From a virus (taxonomy: Duplodnaviria > Caudoviricetes): DNA of 63,588 nucleotides. Positions within the stretch are counted from its first letter, which is position 1. The number at the start of each line of letters is the position of its first letter. A program made the position numbers and the translations under genes. The stretch covers positions 1 to 63,588 of the IMG/VR virus record IMGVR_UViG_3300042311_000607. The stretch is one strand, 5' to 3'. The notes beneath the pieces are model-generated. The model had not been told where the DNA came from and ran no database searches. It saw only the letters and a program-made list of their open reading frames with translations. Of the stretch, positions 26,950-36,069 are shown in pieces.

Positions 26950-29900
26950 GTGCGCTACGAAGGCGAAATCGTTTGGCGGTTCAAGGGTGACCGCCCGCTT
27001 GCCCAGCAGTACCGGCAACTCGGCCGGTTGCTGCTGGGCGAGCTGCTGAGCACGCTCAGCCCTGGCGTTGAGACGCTGGGCAAGGAGTACCGCCGCGGCG
27101 GTCTGCGCGTGCATGTGCAGATCGTTGCCGGGTCGCTGCCGATTGTGGAGATTGATGTCAGCGGGCTGGAAGGCGAGCAGGTGCTGCGTGGCGTGCAGCT
27201 GTGGATCCCCGAGGGCTTCGTCATCTACCCCGCGTCGGACACCTCGCCCAACGGATGGGGCCTGCCGATCAACTACGTCGAAGACGCGATGCTGCCGGCG
27301 GAGCTGCAGGAGTTCGCGCCTGGCAACCTGCGGCCCGGGCTGGACGTGACCCGTTGGACTCCGGCCGGCCTGCTTGGGCAGGTGCTGCTCAGCCAGGCTC
27401 AGAACGCCGGATACCCCGACCCGATCGTGCGCCGCGCGGGCGTCGTGATCACGCCGCACTATCACCCGCAGTTCGGCCCCGTGCCGACCAGTGCCGCGCG
27501 GCCTGAGCCCACGGGCTGGCAGGCCTATCGGCTGGAGTTCGCCGACTACACGGCGCAGGCGCTCGGGCTCGACGCCAATGCGCGCGCTGCGCTGGTGAGC
27601 TGGAAGCGCGAGACGTTCGAGCGGATCAACGCCTACCGCGAGGGGCTGGGGCGCGATCGCATCTACCCGCAGTTCCGTGGCGTGTTCGATATCTCGCAGG
27701 CCTGCGCCGAGATGGCTTGGGCGACCGGGTGGAGCGGCCACATGGTCGAGGCCTTCCCCATCACCTACCGCACCTACAACGACCGCGGCGGCAAGAACGG
27801 CAGTGCCAGCGAGGAAGCCAACTGCTACGTCAGCACGCTGACCATGGCTGAGGCAGCCTTCTGGTACAGCGGTGAAATCCTGGTGACCTTCGCGCAGTCG
27901 CTGGTGCCGGGCTACAACGATGCGAACGGCTGGCCAGTAGAGCAGGTGGTCGGACTGCGCTTTGATATCAGCCCTGAACAGGCGCTCGACGCCTGGGCCG
28001 CGTCCTCACGACATGCCGCCTACCTGTCCAGCACCAGTTGGGACTTGGGCGAGCACCAGTCGTGCGCATCGACCATGAGCTTGGGCTACCGACAGGGTAC
28101 CGCCGTCGCGCTGTTCTCGCACGATGGTCAGTGGATTCAGTGTGGGAACCGCTTCTGGCACTCGCAGCACGCCGAGGTGCCGGCGCTGTCGTGGCGCGGC
28201 TTCGAGACGGAAAACCTGCTGTGGGAAACCTGGCCGGTGAAATTCACGATGCTGCGCGAGGGCACGGACCCGGCGTACACCTACCGCACCGCGATCGACG
28301 TGCAAGCGCCTTTCATCGCTGAGAGCACCGTCAGCGCGGAGCCCGGCGGCGCATCCTACCCGGCTGCCTTCAGCAATCAGTTCCTGTACGGCATCGCCAC
28401 CGATTACACCGCAGCACCTGCAGGCGTGACGCGGCGCAATGTGCTGGGGGGCGAGATCTTTGCCCGCGGGCGCGCCATTGCGATCGCCCCGGACATGGGG
28501 CTGGTGCTGGGAGCGGGCATTCACCGCATCGGCGCCGGCGACAGCGCGACCTATCGGCTGATCGCGATCTGTCACCACGAGGATGACCAGGGCAGCGATC
28601 AGGTGGCCGACGGCATGACCCGCTACCTGCGCGTGTGGTGGGCCGACATGGTGCCCGATGATCCGCTGCTGGCTGACCGCGACGGCGGCATCGCCTCGCT
28701 GAGGTGCCACCCGCGCACGCTGATCCGCAAGAAGTTCGGCGAAGAAGACGCGCAGGACGACGGCCCATGGACTGAGTTGAACGGGGTGAACAACTGGCGC
28801 GGCGGGCAGCTGATCGATGTGGGGACCACCGAGCAGTTCGAGGTGCCGGACCTGCTCAAGTACGACTGCCTGTGGCGGTTCAACGCGTCCGGAACCAAGG
28901 CCATCTGCATCCGCAGCAGCTTCGACCCGGCATGGTTCGAGGCGCGGGAAAGCTGGACCGCGGAGGATCCGGGCTTTGTGCCCGCCATGTTCGGGGAAGA
29001 GCGCTGGCTGTTCCCCGGCCATTCGGACGTTGGCGGGCTGCTGCGCACCCCTGGCGTGGTTTCGTATGCCTCGCACGCCTACTGCGAGGGCGGCGAGCCC
29101 TGGTTTCTCGAGCTCGAGTTCCAACACGGCGAATCGTCCATGACCGCCGAGCTGACGCTTTTCCCGCACGGCGCCGGCGCAGGCGGCCGCATCGAAGAAG
29201 GCGGCTGGTGGTTCGAGACGGTGCTGGCCGACTACTACGGCAAGTGGATCGAGACGCCCAGCGCCGACCCGCAGTTCCCGGCGCCGATCCATTTCCGGCC
29301 GATCGTCGCCTACTACGCCGAGGACGGAAGCGCCCGGGCCGTGTATGACGTCACTGCCAGCGCGTTCCGCCAGTTTGCATTCGACACCACCAGCGCGCTG
29401 ATCCCGCGCTGGTGGGTCGGCTGGGACCGCGGCGTGCACTTCCGCGGGCTGGTGCGTGGCGCGGCCCCAATCACTGTCTCGCAGGCGCGCGCGGCGCTGC
29501 CGGACGTGCAGCGGTATTCATCCGAGATCGCGCTGAGCGCCGACGACTTCATGGCTTCGCATCCGGCTGTCTTCTTCGCCGACGATGAGCACATGGCCTA
29601 TGCTGCAGCGGGCTGTGCTCCCGGCGTTGCAACGGTCGAGCCGAGCGATTTCAGCCCCTTTGTGGAGCGGCGCGCGTATGCGCTGGAGCTCGACAACCCT
29701 GACGAGGCCGCCGCGTTGGCAGCGGCGATCACTGCGGATGCCAACGCGGCGTGGCCCGGGTACTGCGGCATCGCCCCGACCGAGGCCCTGATCTGGCGGT
29801 ACGCCGCCTGGGTCAACGGCGAGCGCGTGCACTACTCAGAGGCCGCCAACCCGCAGAAAGACTACCCGCATGCGGCGCTGACCACGTACTACGGTGTGCT

Positions 29901-30309
29901 GCCCGGGCCGATTATCGGGACGGTGTGGGAAGGAGGGCCGTGGACGATCGGCTGGGTCAACCAGCGGCTGACTGGCGCGCACTGGCAGGGCGGTTTCGCC
30001 AAGGACCGGGCCGGCGCGTGGGTGTTCGGCGCCTCGCTCTGTCGGCAGCCGGCAGGCACACTACGTCGCAGTCGCGACGATTCCCCGATCCCCGACAACC
30101 CGGCGGTGAATCAATGGGTTTACGATTGTGGGGGCGGCGCGGCCGCATACTTCCTGCATCAGAACCTCATGGCGTCCTTCTCGCACGCGGGCAGGCCTGA
30201 GAACTTCGGGGGTTTCATGGTGGCCTCGTTTGCCGACCAATCTGAGCTTGCAACGCTCACCGGAACGCCCGGCGCCGCGCCGCGCACGCTGTACGCGAGG
30301 GTGGTCTGA
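26950..30309 (+). CDS. Large tail/virion protein with CAP(SCP)-like domain
   Basis: 1119 aa; FERINAYR...GH...GEIL...ALDAWAASSRH...MSLGY pattern at about 27610-28110. Confidence 0.65.
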   Translation: MRYEGEIVWRFKGDRPLAQQYRQLGRLLLGELLSTLSPGVETLGKEYRRGGLRVHVQIVAGSLPIVEIDVSGLEGEQVLRGVQLWIPEGFVIYPASDTSPNGWGLPINYVEDAMLPAELQEFAPGNLRPGLDVTRWTPAGLLGQVLLSQAQNAGYPDPIVRRAGVVITPHYHPQFGPVPTSAARPEPTGWQAYRLEFADYTAQALGLDANARAALVSWKRETFERINAYREGLGRDRIYPQFRGVFDISQACAEMAWATGWSGHMVEAFPITYRTYNDRGGKNGSASEEANCYVSTLTMAEAAFWYSGEILVTFAQSLVPGYNDANGWPVEQVVGLRFDISPEQALDAWAASSRHAAYLSSTSWDLGEHQSCASTMSLGYRQGTAVALFSHDGQWIQCGNRFWHSQHAEVPALSWRGFETENLLWETWPVKFTMLREGTDPAYTYRTAIDVQAPFIAESTVSAEPGGASYPAAFSNQFLYGIATDYTAAPAGVTRRNVLGGEIFARGRAIAIAPDMGLVLGAGIHRIGAGDSATYRLIAICHHEDDQGSDQVADGMTRYLRVWWADMVPDDPLLADRDGGIASLRCHPRTLIRKKFGEEDAQDDGPWTELNGVNNWRGGQLIDVGTTEQFEVPDLLKYDCLWRFNASGTKAICIRSSFDPAWFEARESWTAEDPGFVPAMFGEERWLFPGHSDVGGLLRTPGVVSYASHAYCEGGEPWFLELEFQHGESSMTAELTLFPHGAGAGGRIEEGGWWFETVLADYYGKWIETPSADPQFPAPIHFRPIVAYYAEDGSARAVYDVTASAFRQFAFDTTSALIPRWWVGWDRGVHFRGLVRGAAPITVSQARAALPDVQRYSSEIALSADDFMASHPAVFFADDEHMAYAAAGCAPGVATVEPSDFSPFVERRAYALELDNPDEAAALAAAITADANAAWPGYCGIAPTEALIWRYAAWVNGERVHYSEAANPQKDYPHAALTTYYGVLPGPIIGTVWEGGPWTIGWVNQRLTGAHWQGGFAKDRAGAWVFGASLCRQPAGTLRRSRDDSPIPDNPAVNQWVYDCGGGAAAYFLHQNLMASFSHAGRPENFGGFMVASFADQSELATLTGTPGAAPRTLYARVV

Positions 30310-30620
30310 TGCCGTGCTTCTGGGCCGGATTCATCGGCAGCCGGGAACCCGGATGCTCCGGCGACACGCCGCCCCCGGACCCATGCGATGGCATTGGCGA
30401 TCCGCCGACGCAGCTGGACATTGAGGGGTCTACTGGCTGCATCCCTGGCGGAGTATCGTGGGCGCCGGTCGAGGGCGGGCTTCCTGCAGGGTACAACGTG
30501 GTTTCAGGACTGGGGTGCATTGCAGGAACGACTCCACCTACCAGCGTTGTCCTGGTGCGCAAGTGCGACGCCACAGAGTTTGTTGTCCCCGTCGGCGATG
30601 CCGACATCATTTGCTGCTGA
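30309..30620 (+). CDS. Small Cys-rich hypothetical protein
   Basis: TGATG overlap; 8 Cys; ends IICC. Confidence 0.5.
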   Translation: MPCFWAGFIGSREPGCSGDTPPPDPCDGIGDPPTQLDIEGSTGCIPGGVSWAPVEGGLPAGYNVVSGLGCIAGTTPPTSVVLVRKCDATEFVVPVGDADIICC

Positions 30621-30628
30621 GGTTCCCC

Positions 30629-31099
30629 ATGCTTCAGGTGTCGACCGGATTCAAATCGCGCATCCTCGGGCCGGCGAGCTTCGAGTCCATCTTCAACGGT
30701 GGATGCATTGAGATCCGCAGCGGCGGCCGGCCGGAGTTTGCAGACGATGCCGCCGGCGGAGTGCTGCTCGGCCGGTTTACAGTCAACGGCGCGGCCTGGT
30801 CGACGTCCAACACCACCAACGGCATCAACTGGTTCCGCGTCGACAGCTTCGTCTACAAGCCCGAGGACGAGGTGTGGGCCATCAACCCTATCGCCACCGG
30901 GCTGGCCACCTGGTTCCGTATCGTGGGCCCTCGCACCGACAGCGGCGGCTTCTCAGTGACCGCGCCGCGCATCGACGGCGACATCAGCAGCGTGCCGCAG
31001 GCTGCCGAGATGCGGCTCGTGAATGCGGTGCTGCAGGTCGGCGTGCTCAAAACGCTGGATCAGTTCGTCTACACCATTCCCCCAATCCCTGGAGCTTGA
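30629..31099 (+). CDS. Putative tail structural protein
   Basis: IEIRSG..P..ADDA..G.LL; G.ATWFR...RIDG; resembles the next gene. Confidence 0.65.
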   Translation: MLQVSTGFKSRILGPASFESIFNGGCIEIRSGGRPEFADDAAGGVLLGRFTVNGAAWSTSNTTNGINWFRVDSFVYKPEDEVWAINPIATGLATWFRIVGPRTDSGGFSVTAPRIDGDISSVPQAAEMRLVNAVLQVGVLKTLDQFVYTIPPIPGA

Positions 31100-31102
31100 C
31101 CC

Positions 31103-31618
31103 ATGACCATCCTGACCACCACCGCCGCCAAGAACGCCATGCTCGCCGCCCTGCGCACTGCGCTGGAAGCCGAGAACGCCACCCCGGACGGCCTGTATCT
31201 GTACCTGTTCAATGGCGCTGTGCCCGAGACGGCTGATGAAGCGCTCGACATGGCAACCGAGCACACTCAGCTCGTGCAGTACGCCGCAGATGACCCTGCT
31301 GAAGAGGCGGGTGTCGAGCCGCTGGAGTTCGATGCGCCCACCGGCGGCGTGCTGTCGAAGGACGCCACCCAGACCTGGCAGGGCGTGGCCGCATTCGATG
31401 GCGCGAACGATGGCGAGGCGACCCTGCCTGCGACCTTCTTCCGCCTGTGCGCCGGCACCGACGACGGCCGCGGCGCAGGCGATGCCACTACCTACCGACT
31501 GCAGGGCACGGTCGGCCCGACGGTGGGGGCTGACCTGCTGATGCCCAACACCACGATCACCAACGGTGGCACTGAGACGCGCGGGCTGTCGGTCGCGCAG
31601 TTCAACGTGTTCAACTGA
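31103..31618 (+). CDS. Putative tail structural protein
   Basis: LYLFNG.VP.TADEA; ATFFRL...RLQGTVG; GGAG SD. Confidence 0.65.
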   Translation: MTILTTTAAKNAMLAALRTALEAENATPDGLYLYLFNGAVPETADEALDMATEHTQLVQYAADDPAEEAGVEPLEFDAPTGGVLSKDATQTWQGVAAFDGANDGEATLPATFFRLCAGTDDGRGAGDATTYRLQGTVGPTVGADLLMPNTTITNGGTETRGLSVAQFNVFN

Positions 31619-31643
31619 TCAATCGCCAAGTAAGGGGGCAGGC

Positions 31644-31823
31644 ATGAAGAACTGCGAAGCATTGGGCATGATCCGCGAGGCTCGCGCCTTGCTACGTGAT
31701 GAATCCAAGACCGCGAACAGCCGTGAGCTCGCGATGGTGCTCACAAAGCTGGACGAGGCCGAGCTGTGGCGACAGCGCGACATGCAGCTCAAGGCACCGC
31801 CGGAAAATGGAAGTTGTAGCTGA
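31644..31823 (+). CDS. Small protein with Acb2/Tad1-like helical hairpin motif
   Basis: SRELAMVLTKLDEAELW; AAGGGGG SD. Confidence 0.55.
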   Translation: MKNCEALGMIREARALLRDESKTANSRELAMVLTKLDEAELWRQRDMQLKAPPENGSCS

Positions 31824-31825
31824 TC

Positions 31826-32095
31826 ATGGCGCTGCGCAAGCTCACCCAGTACGCATTGCTGACGCCGTTTCAGCCGGGCGTGCTTGCGCAGCCGGCGCGC
31901 GCCTACTGCGTGCCGAAGTTCCGGCCAATCGGTGGCGGTGCAGTATCCCCAGGCAACCCGAACCCGCCACCGCCCAACAGCGGCACCAACCCACCCTGCC
32001 CCATCACCATCTCGGTTCCTCCTTGCGTGCCGAGTGGATCCATTGAGATTGGCGCCCCGCAGTCCTGCGCTACGCGCACGATTTCCTGCCCGTGA
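31826..32095 (+). CDS. Pro/Cys-rich hypothetical protein
   Basis: ORF fills the gap in the tail operon. Confidence 0.55.
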   Translation: MALRKLTQYALLTPFQPGVLAQPARAYCVPKFRPIGGGAVSPGNPNPPPPNSGTNPPCPITISVPPCVPSGSIEIGAPQSCATRTISCP

Positions 32096-32103
32096 GGTGA
32101 GCC

Positions 32104-32631
32104 GTGTCACAGCCGTGCGTGGAAATCAGCGATTCGCCGTACTACACCTGCTACAGCTGCCCGGCCGTGGCGGGCGTGCAGGCGCAGCCGCCTGTGTACG
32201 GACCGGTGGCCACCTTCGGGTGGGATGCCGCCGCGCGCAGCGATGATCTGCTGAGCGGGAATGTCTACACGCAGTTCGTGGTGCAGCTGGCGGCCGGGAT
32301 TGCCTGCGGGCTGTCGCCGGCGCCATTCGGCGTGCGCGGCGACGATCTGTTGCGCACGTCCTCGCCCAGCGAGATCGCCCACGGCTTCCTGTTCGAGGTG
32401 GTGAACGGCTTCGGCTTCTGGTCGCCGATCGAGTACGGCGCCCGCGTGGCCGCCCCGCAGCCGGCACCGCCGGGCGCGTCCTGGCGCGTGCAGCGCTGGC
32501 GGGGCGCCATCACCTGGCTGATCAATGGCGTGCCGCAGCTGACACGGCCCGCGCTCGAGCTTGGCCGCCTGATGGTGGTGGGCACGCTCTACAGCAGCTT
32601 CGATGTGATCGGCACGGAGGATCCGGCGTGA
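32104..32631 (+). CDS. Putative virion protein
   Basis: GAGGTGA SD; GWDAAARS; GTLYSSFDVI C-terminus. Confidence 0.6.
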   Translation: MSQPCVEISDSPYYTCYSCPAVAGVQAQPPVYGPVATFGWDAAARSDDLLSGNVYTQFVVQLAAGIACGLSPAPFGVRGDDLLRTSSPSEIAHGFLFEVVNGFGFWSPIEYGARVAAPQPAPPGASWRVQRWRGAITWLINGVPQLTRPALELGRLMVVGTLYSSFDVIGTEDPA

Positions 32632-34202
32632 CGGGGATCGTCTTCGAGCCGCTGGCCGGCCTGACTGCTTTCGATGAGCTGCGCGGCCGGCTGGAGTTGC
32701 GCGGGCGCCTGCTCGACGCTGAGGCCGGCACGGATATCGTCATCGGCCACATCGAGCTGCGCGGCACGCTCACCAGCGTGACCCGGCACGACGACAGCCT
32801 GGAGGGCGCGCTGCGCTTCGGTGGGCTGGTCATCGAGCCGGCCGGCGACTACGTGTTGGGCACGCTGTCCGCGCTGGTGTTCCGCGGAATCGAATCAGAG
32901 CCGACGCCCGAGTACAGCATGCTGGTCGGTACGCTGCAGGGCCTGGGCTTCACTGGCACCAGCACCGTGCGGTGGATGGACACGCTGGAGGGCACGCTGG
33001 CGGGTGTGTCTGGGCTCATCATTGAGCCCGAAGGCGACTACGTGCTGGGCACGCTGCCTGCCGTCAAGAGCGTGCTGCGCGAGCAACAGCCGCCGCTGGT
33101 GAACTACGCGATCGCCACCCAGAGCGCAGGCTACGTCTGGAGCTACGGCGCCTATGAGGTTGTGCAGGCAACGGATGTGCTGCGCTTCTCCGAGTCGCTG
33201 GCCAGCTCCATCGGCGTGATCATCGCGGATCAGCTCACCTTCGGCGAAGTCGGCCGCAGCCTGCTCGCCGCGCGGCAGGTGGCGTCCGATGGCTTGCGGC
33301 TGGCCGAGGTGCTGGGCTTCGGCTTCCGGCTGGTGCTGACCGACGGTTTCACGCTGGGCGAGAGCCTGACCTTCTCCGCCGGCGCCGTTGAGGATCTGGT
33401 CGACTACCTGATGTTCAACGACGTGGTGGAGACGCGCGCCGCGGCGTTGGCCATCATCACGTCGGCCTTGGCGTTCGCGGATCTTGCGGCCATCGGTGAT
33501 GCCGTGGTGCTTGAGGACGAGCTGGCGCTGGGCGACGCACTGGCCGAGCGGCTGAACGCCGCCGCGGTGGCGCTGGATACGCTGCTGCTGAGCGAGGCCG
33601 TCACCCACTCGGCCGGCTTCACAGTGCTGGTGGCGGATGGCTTGGCGCTGGGGGACAGCGTGGCGAGCGCCGCAGCGCTGATTGAGGCTCTGGTCGACGG
33701 CTTCCGCGTGATCGGCCGGATTCGCCTGAGCGGCGAGGAATACGTGGGCTACGTGTGCAACACCGCGAACAGGGCTTTCTCCACCTACGCGAACTTCCCC
33801 TTCAACAGCATGGCGCGGATCGGCGGGACGTACTTCGGCGCGGCCGACGATGGGCTGTATGCGCTGGGCGGCGCGGATGACGATGGTGCGCAGATCCGCG
33901 CGCGCGCGCGCATCGCGGTCACCAACCTGGGCACCGGCAAACAAAAGCGCATGCCGTCGGCCTACATCGGCCACCAGGGCGGCCGGATCGTGCTGAAGAC
34001 GATCACCACCAGCGACACCGGCGACAAGGAAGAAAACTGGTACGCGATCGAACCACGGCCAGCCGCTGCAACCCGCGAAAGCCGCATTCCCATTGGCAAG
34101 GGTCTGCGGTCGGTCTACTGGGGCTTCGAGATCGAGGCCGTTGAGCCGTTCGAACTGGACAGCCTGCAGCTGTTCCCGATGATTCTGGAGCGCCGCCTAT
34201 GA
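32628..34202 (+). CDS. Putative virion protein with internal beta repeats
   Basis: EP.GDYVLGTL twice; periodic D.L.[LF].[ED] motif; C-terminal YANFPFNSM...GKGLRS.YW.F. Confidence 0.7.
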   Translation: MTGIVFEPLAGLTAFDELRGRLELRGRLLDAEAGTDIVIGHIELRGTLTSVTRHDDSLEGALRFGGLVIEPAGDYVLGTLSALVFRGIESEPTPEYSMLVGTLQGLGFTGTSTVRWMDTLEGTLAGVSGLIIEPEGDYVLGTLPAVKSVLREQQPPLVNYAIATQSAGYVWSYGAYEVVQATDVLRFSESLASSIGVIIADQLTFGEVGRSLLAARQVASDGLRLAEVLGFGFRLVLTDGFTLGESLTFSAGAVEDLVDYLMFNDVVETRAAALAIITSALAFADLAAIGDAVVLEDELALGDALAERLNAAAVALDTLLLSEAVTHSAGFTVLVADGLALGDSVASAAALIEALVDGFRVIGRIRLSGEEYVGYVCNTANRAFSTYANFPFNSMARIGGTYFGAADDGLYALGGADDDGAQIRARARIAVTNLGTGKQKRMPSAYIGHQGGRIVLKTITTSDTGDKEENWYAIEPRPAAATRESRIPIGKGLRSVYWGFEIEAVEPFELDSLQLFPMILERRL

Positions 34203-36067
34203 GCACCCCCAATCCCGTGACCGAGTTCGACCTGGTAAGCGGGAACTTCGACAGCTTCCGGGGGTTCGCGAGCAACAGCATCGCCAACGCGCAAGCCGCA
34301 CTGGCGTCGCTGGGCGGCGTGGCGATCAGCAACATCAATGCCGCGCACGGATTCGGCACCCCCAACATCGGCACCGGGGCCATTCCTAGCGTCACTGAGG
34401 GTGGCGCGGCCGCCCCCGACGACTCCATCGACATCCCTGACCCGACCACCACCATGCCCAGCGGCGTGGCACTGTCGGCGCCGGGGATCGATATCCCGCT
34501 GCCGCCGACCCTGGGTCTGACGGTCCGGCCGCCCACGATCAACCTTGGCGTGGAGCCCAGCCCGTTCAACGAGCCGCGACCAGGCCCGCGCCCTGCGCTG
34601 ATCCCGATCACGCTGCCGGATGAGCCCGAGCTGCGCGATATCGCCATCCCGGTGCTGATCGAGCTCGACGTGCCCGAGTACGTGCCGGTCACCGTGCCGA
34701 CCTTCGAGGGCGTGCGGCCGGTGCGCGACTTCACCGCGCCCGACAACACGTTCAGCTTTGTGCCCACCGTCTTCAGCGACGCGCTGCTCGACTCGACCAA
34801 GGCCCGGCTGCAGCAGATGCAGCAGGGCGGCACGGGCCTGCCGGCAGCAGTGGAACAGGCGCTGTTCGCGCGCGGGCGCGATCGCGACGAAGCCGAAACT
34901 GCCAGAGCGATTCAGGAGGCGTGGGCCGACTCTGGCAACCGCGGTTTTGATATCCCGACCGGCGCCACGCTGGCGCGTGTGGCCGAGGTGCGCCAGCAGG
35001 CCGCCAACCGCCGCGCCGGCTTCAATCGCGACGTCTACATCCGCGGGCACGAGGAAGAGCTGGTCAACCTGCGCTTCTCCGTGACCCAGGGTGTGGCGCT
35101 GGTGCAGGTGCTCACCGGCCTGCACATCCAGTACCAGGAGCTGCTGCTGCGCACCGAACAGGCCGCGATTCAGGCTGCCATCGATGTGCTCAACGCGCGA
35201 ATCGCCATCTTCAACGCCGACCAGCAGGCCTACAGCGTCGACGCGCAGGTGTTCCGCGATCGCGTGGCCGCCGCGCGCGATCAGGTGGACATGTACCGCA
35301 CCCGGGTCGAGGCGGAGATTGCCAAGAACCAGATCAACCGCGACACGGTGCAGCTGTACGCCGAGAGCATCCGCGCCGAGAACCTGCTGGTGGAGCGCTA
35401 CCGGGCGTTCGTGGATGCCCGCCGGGTGCAGTCCGAAATCAACGAACAGGCGCTGCGCGCGTACACGGCCGAGGTAGGCGCGTTCGCGGAGCTGGCGCGC
35501 GTGCACGGTATTGAGTGGGAGGCCTACGCCTCGCGCATCCGCGGACAGGAGTCGAAGGTGACCCTGTTCGATTCGCAGGTGCGGGCCTATGCCACCAACG
35601 TGGGCGCCTGGGCTCAGGTCGCGCAGGTGCGCATTGAGGAAGCCCGGCAGAAGACGGCGATTGAGGAAGCCCGGCTCCGCGAGTTCGAGGCCAAGATCAG
35701 CGGCGCGCGCGCGCTGCTCGACAAAGAGCGCGCCGTCATCGAGGCGCGGCTGGGCGCGTATCAGGCCACGTCGCAGCGGCTGGAGGCCCGGAGCCGCATC
35801 CGGCAGTCGGAAGAAGGCACCCGCACGGCGCGGCTCGGCCTGCAGCTGCAGGAAGAAACCACGAAGGCGCAGCTCACGCTGGAGCAGGGCCGTGTCAACA
35901 TTGCGCAGATGCAGGAGTCTGCGCGGATCGCCATCGGCCAGTTCGAAGGCATTGCGCGCACGCAGGCTCAGCTGGCCGCTGCGTCCTTGTCCGCGATCAA
36001 CGTGAGTGCGTCCGTCAGCGCCGGCAGCAGCTTTGGCGTGTCCTACAACTACAGCGGGGAGATTTGA
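34199..36067 (+). CDS. Putative internal virion/ejection protein
   Basis: Pro-rich N-terminus, long coiled coil, GGTGLP.AVEQAL..R.R.R. Confidence 0.65.
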   Translation: MSTPNPVTEFDLVSGNFDSFRGFASNSIANAQAALASLGGVAISNINAAHGFGTPNIGTGAIPSVTEGGAAAPDDSIDIPDPTTTMPSGVALSAPGIDIPLPPTLGLTVRPPTINLGVEPSPFNEPRPGPRPALIPITLPDEPELRDIAIPVLIELDVPEYVPVTVPTFEGVRPVRDFTAPDNTFSFVPTVFSDALLDSTKARLQQMQQGGTGLPAAVEQALFARGRDRDEAETARAIQEAWADSGNRGFDIPTGATLARVAEVRQQAANRRAGFNRDVYIRGHEEELVNLRFSVTQGVALVQVLTGLHIQYQELLLRTEQAAIQAAIDVLNARIAIFNADQQAYSVDAQVFRDRVAAARDQVDMYRTRVEAEIAKNQINRDTVQLYAESIRAENLLVERYRAFVDARRVQSEINEQALRAYTAEVGAFAELARVHGIEWEAYASRIRGQESKVTLFDSQVRAYATNVGAWAQVAQVRIEEARQKTAIEEARLREFEAKISGARALLDKERAVIEARLGAYQATSQRLEARSRIRQSEEGTRTARLGLQLQEETTKAQLTLEQGRVNIAQMQESARIAIGQFEGIARTQAQLAAASLSAINVSASVSAGSSFGVSYNYSGEI

Positions 36068-36069
36068 CT

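Noticed and set aside
31826-32631. Programmed frameshift joining 31826-32095 to 32104-32631
   Set aside because: The downstream frame has a TGA at 32098-32100 just before its GTG, there is no clear slippery site, and the second ORF has its own GAGGTGA SD
22199-34202. Diversity-generating retroelement or invertible tail-fibre system
   Set aside because: No reverse transcriptase or invertase, and no TR/VR pair seen; the only duplication noticed is the short EP.GDYVLGTL coding repeat
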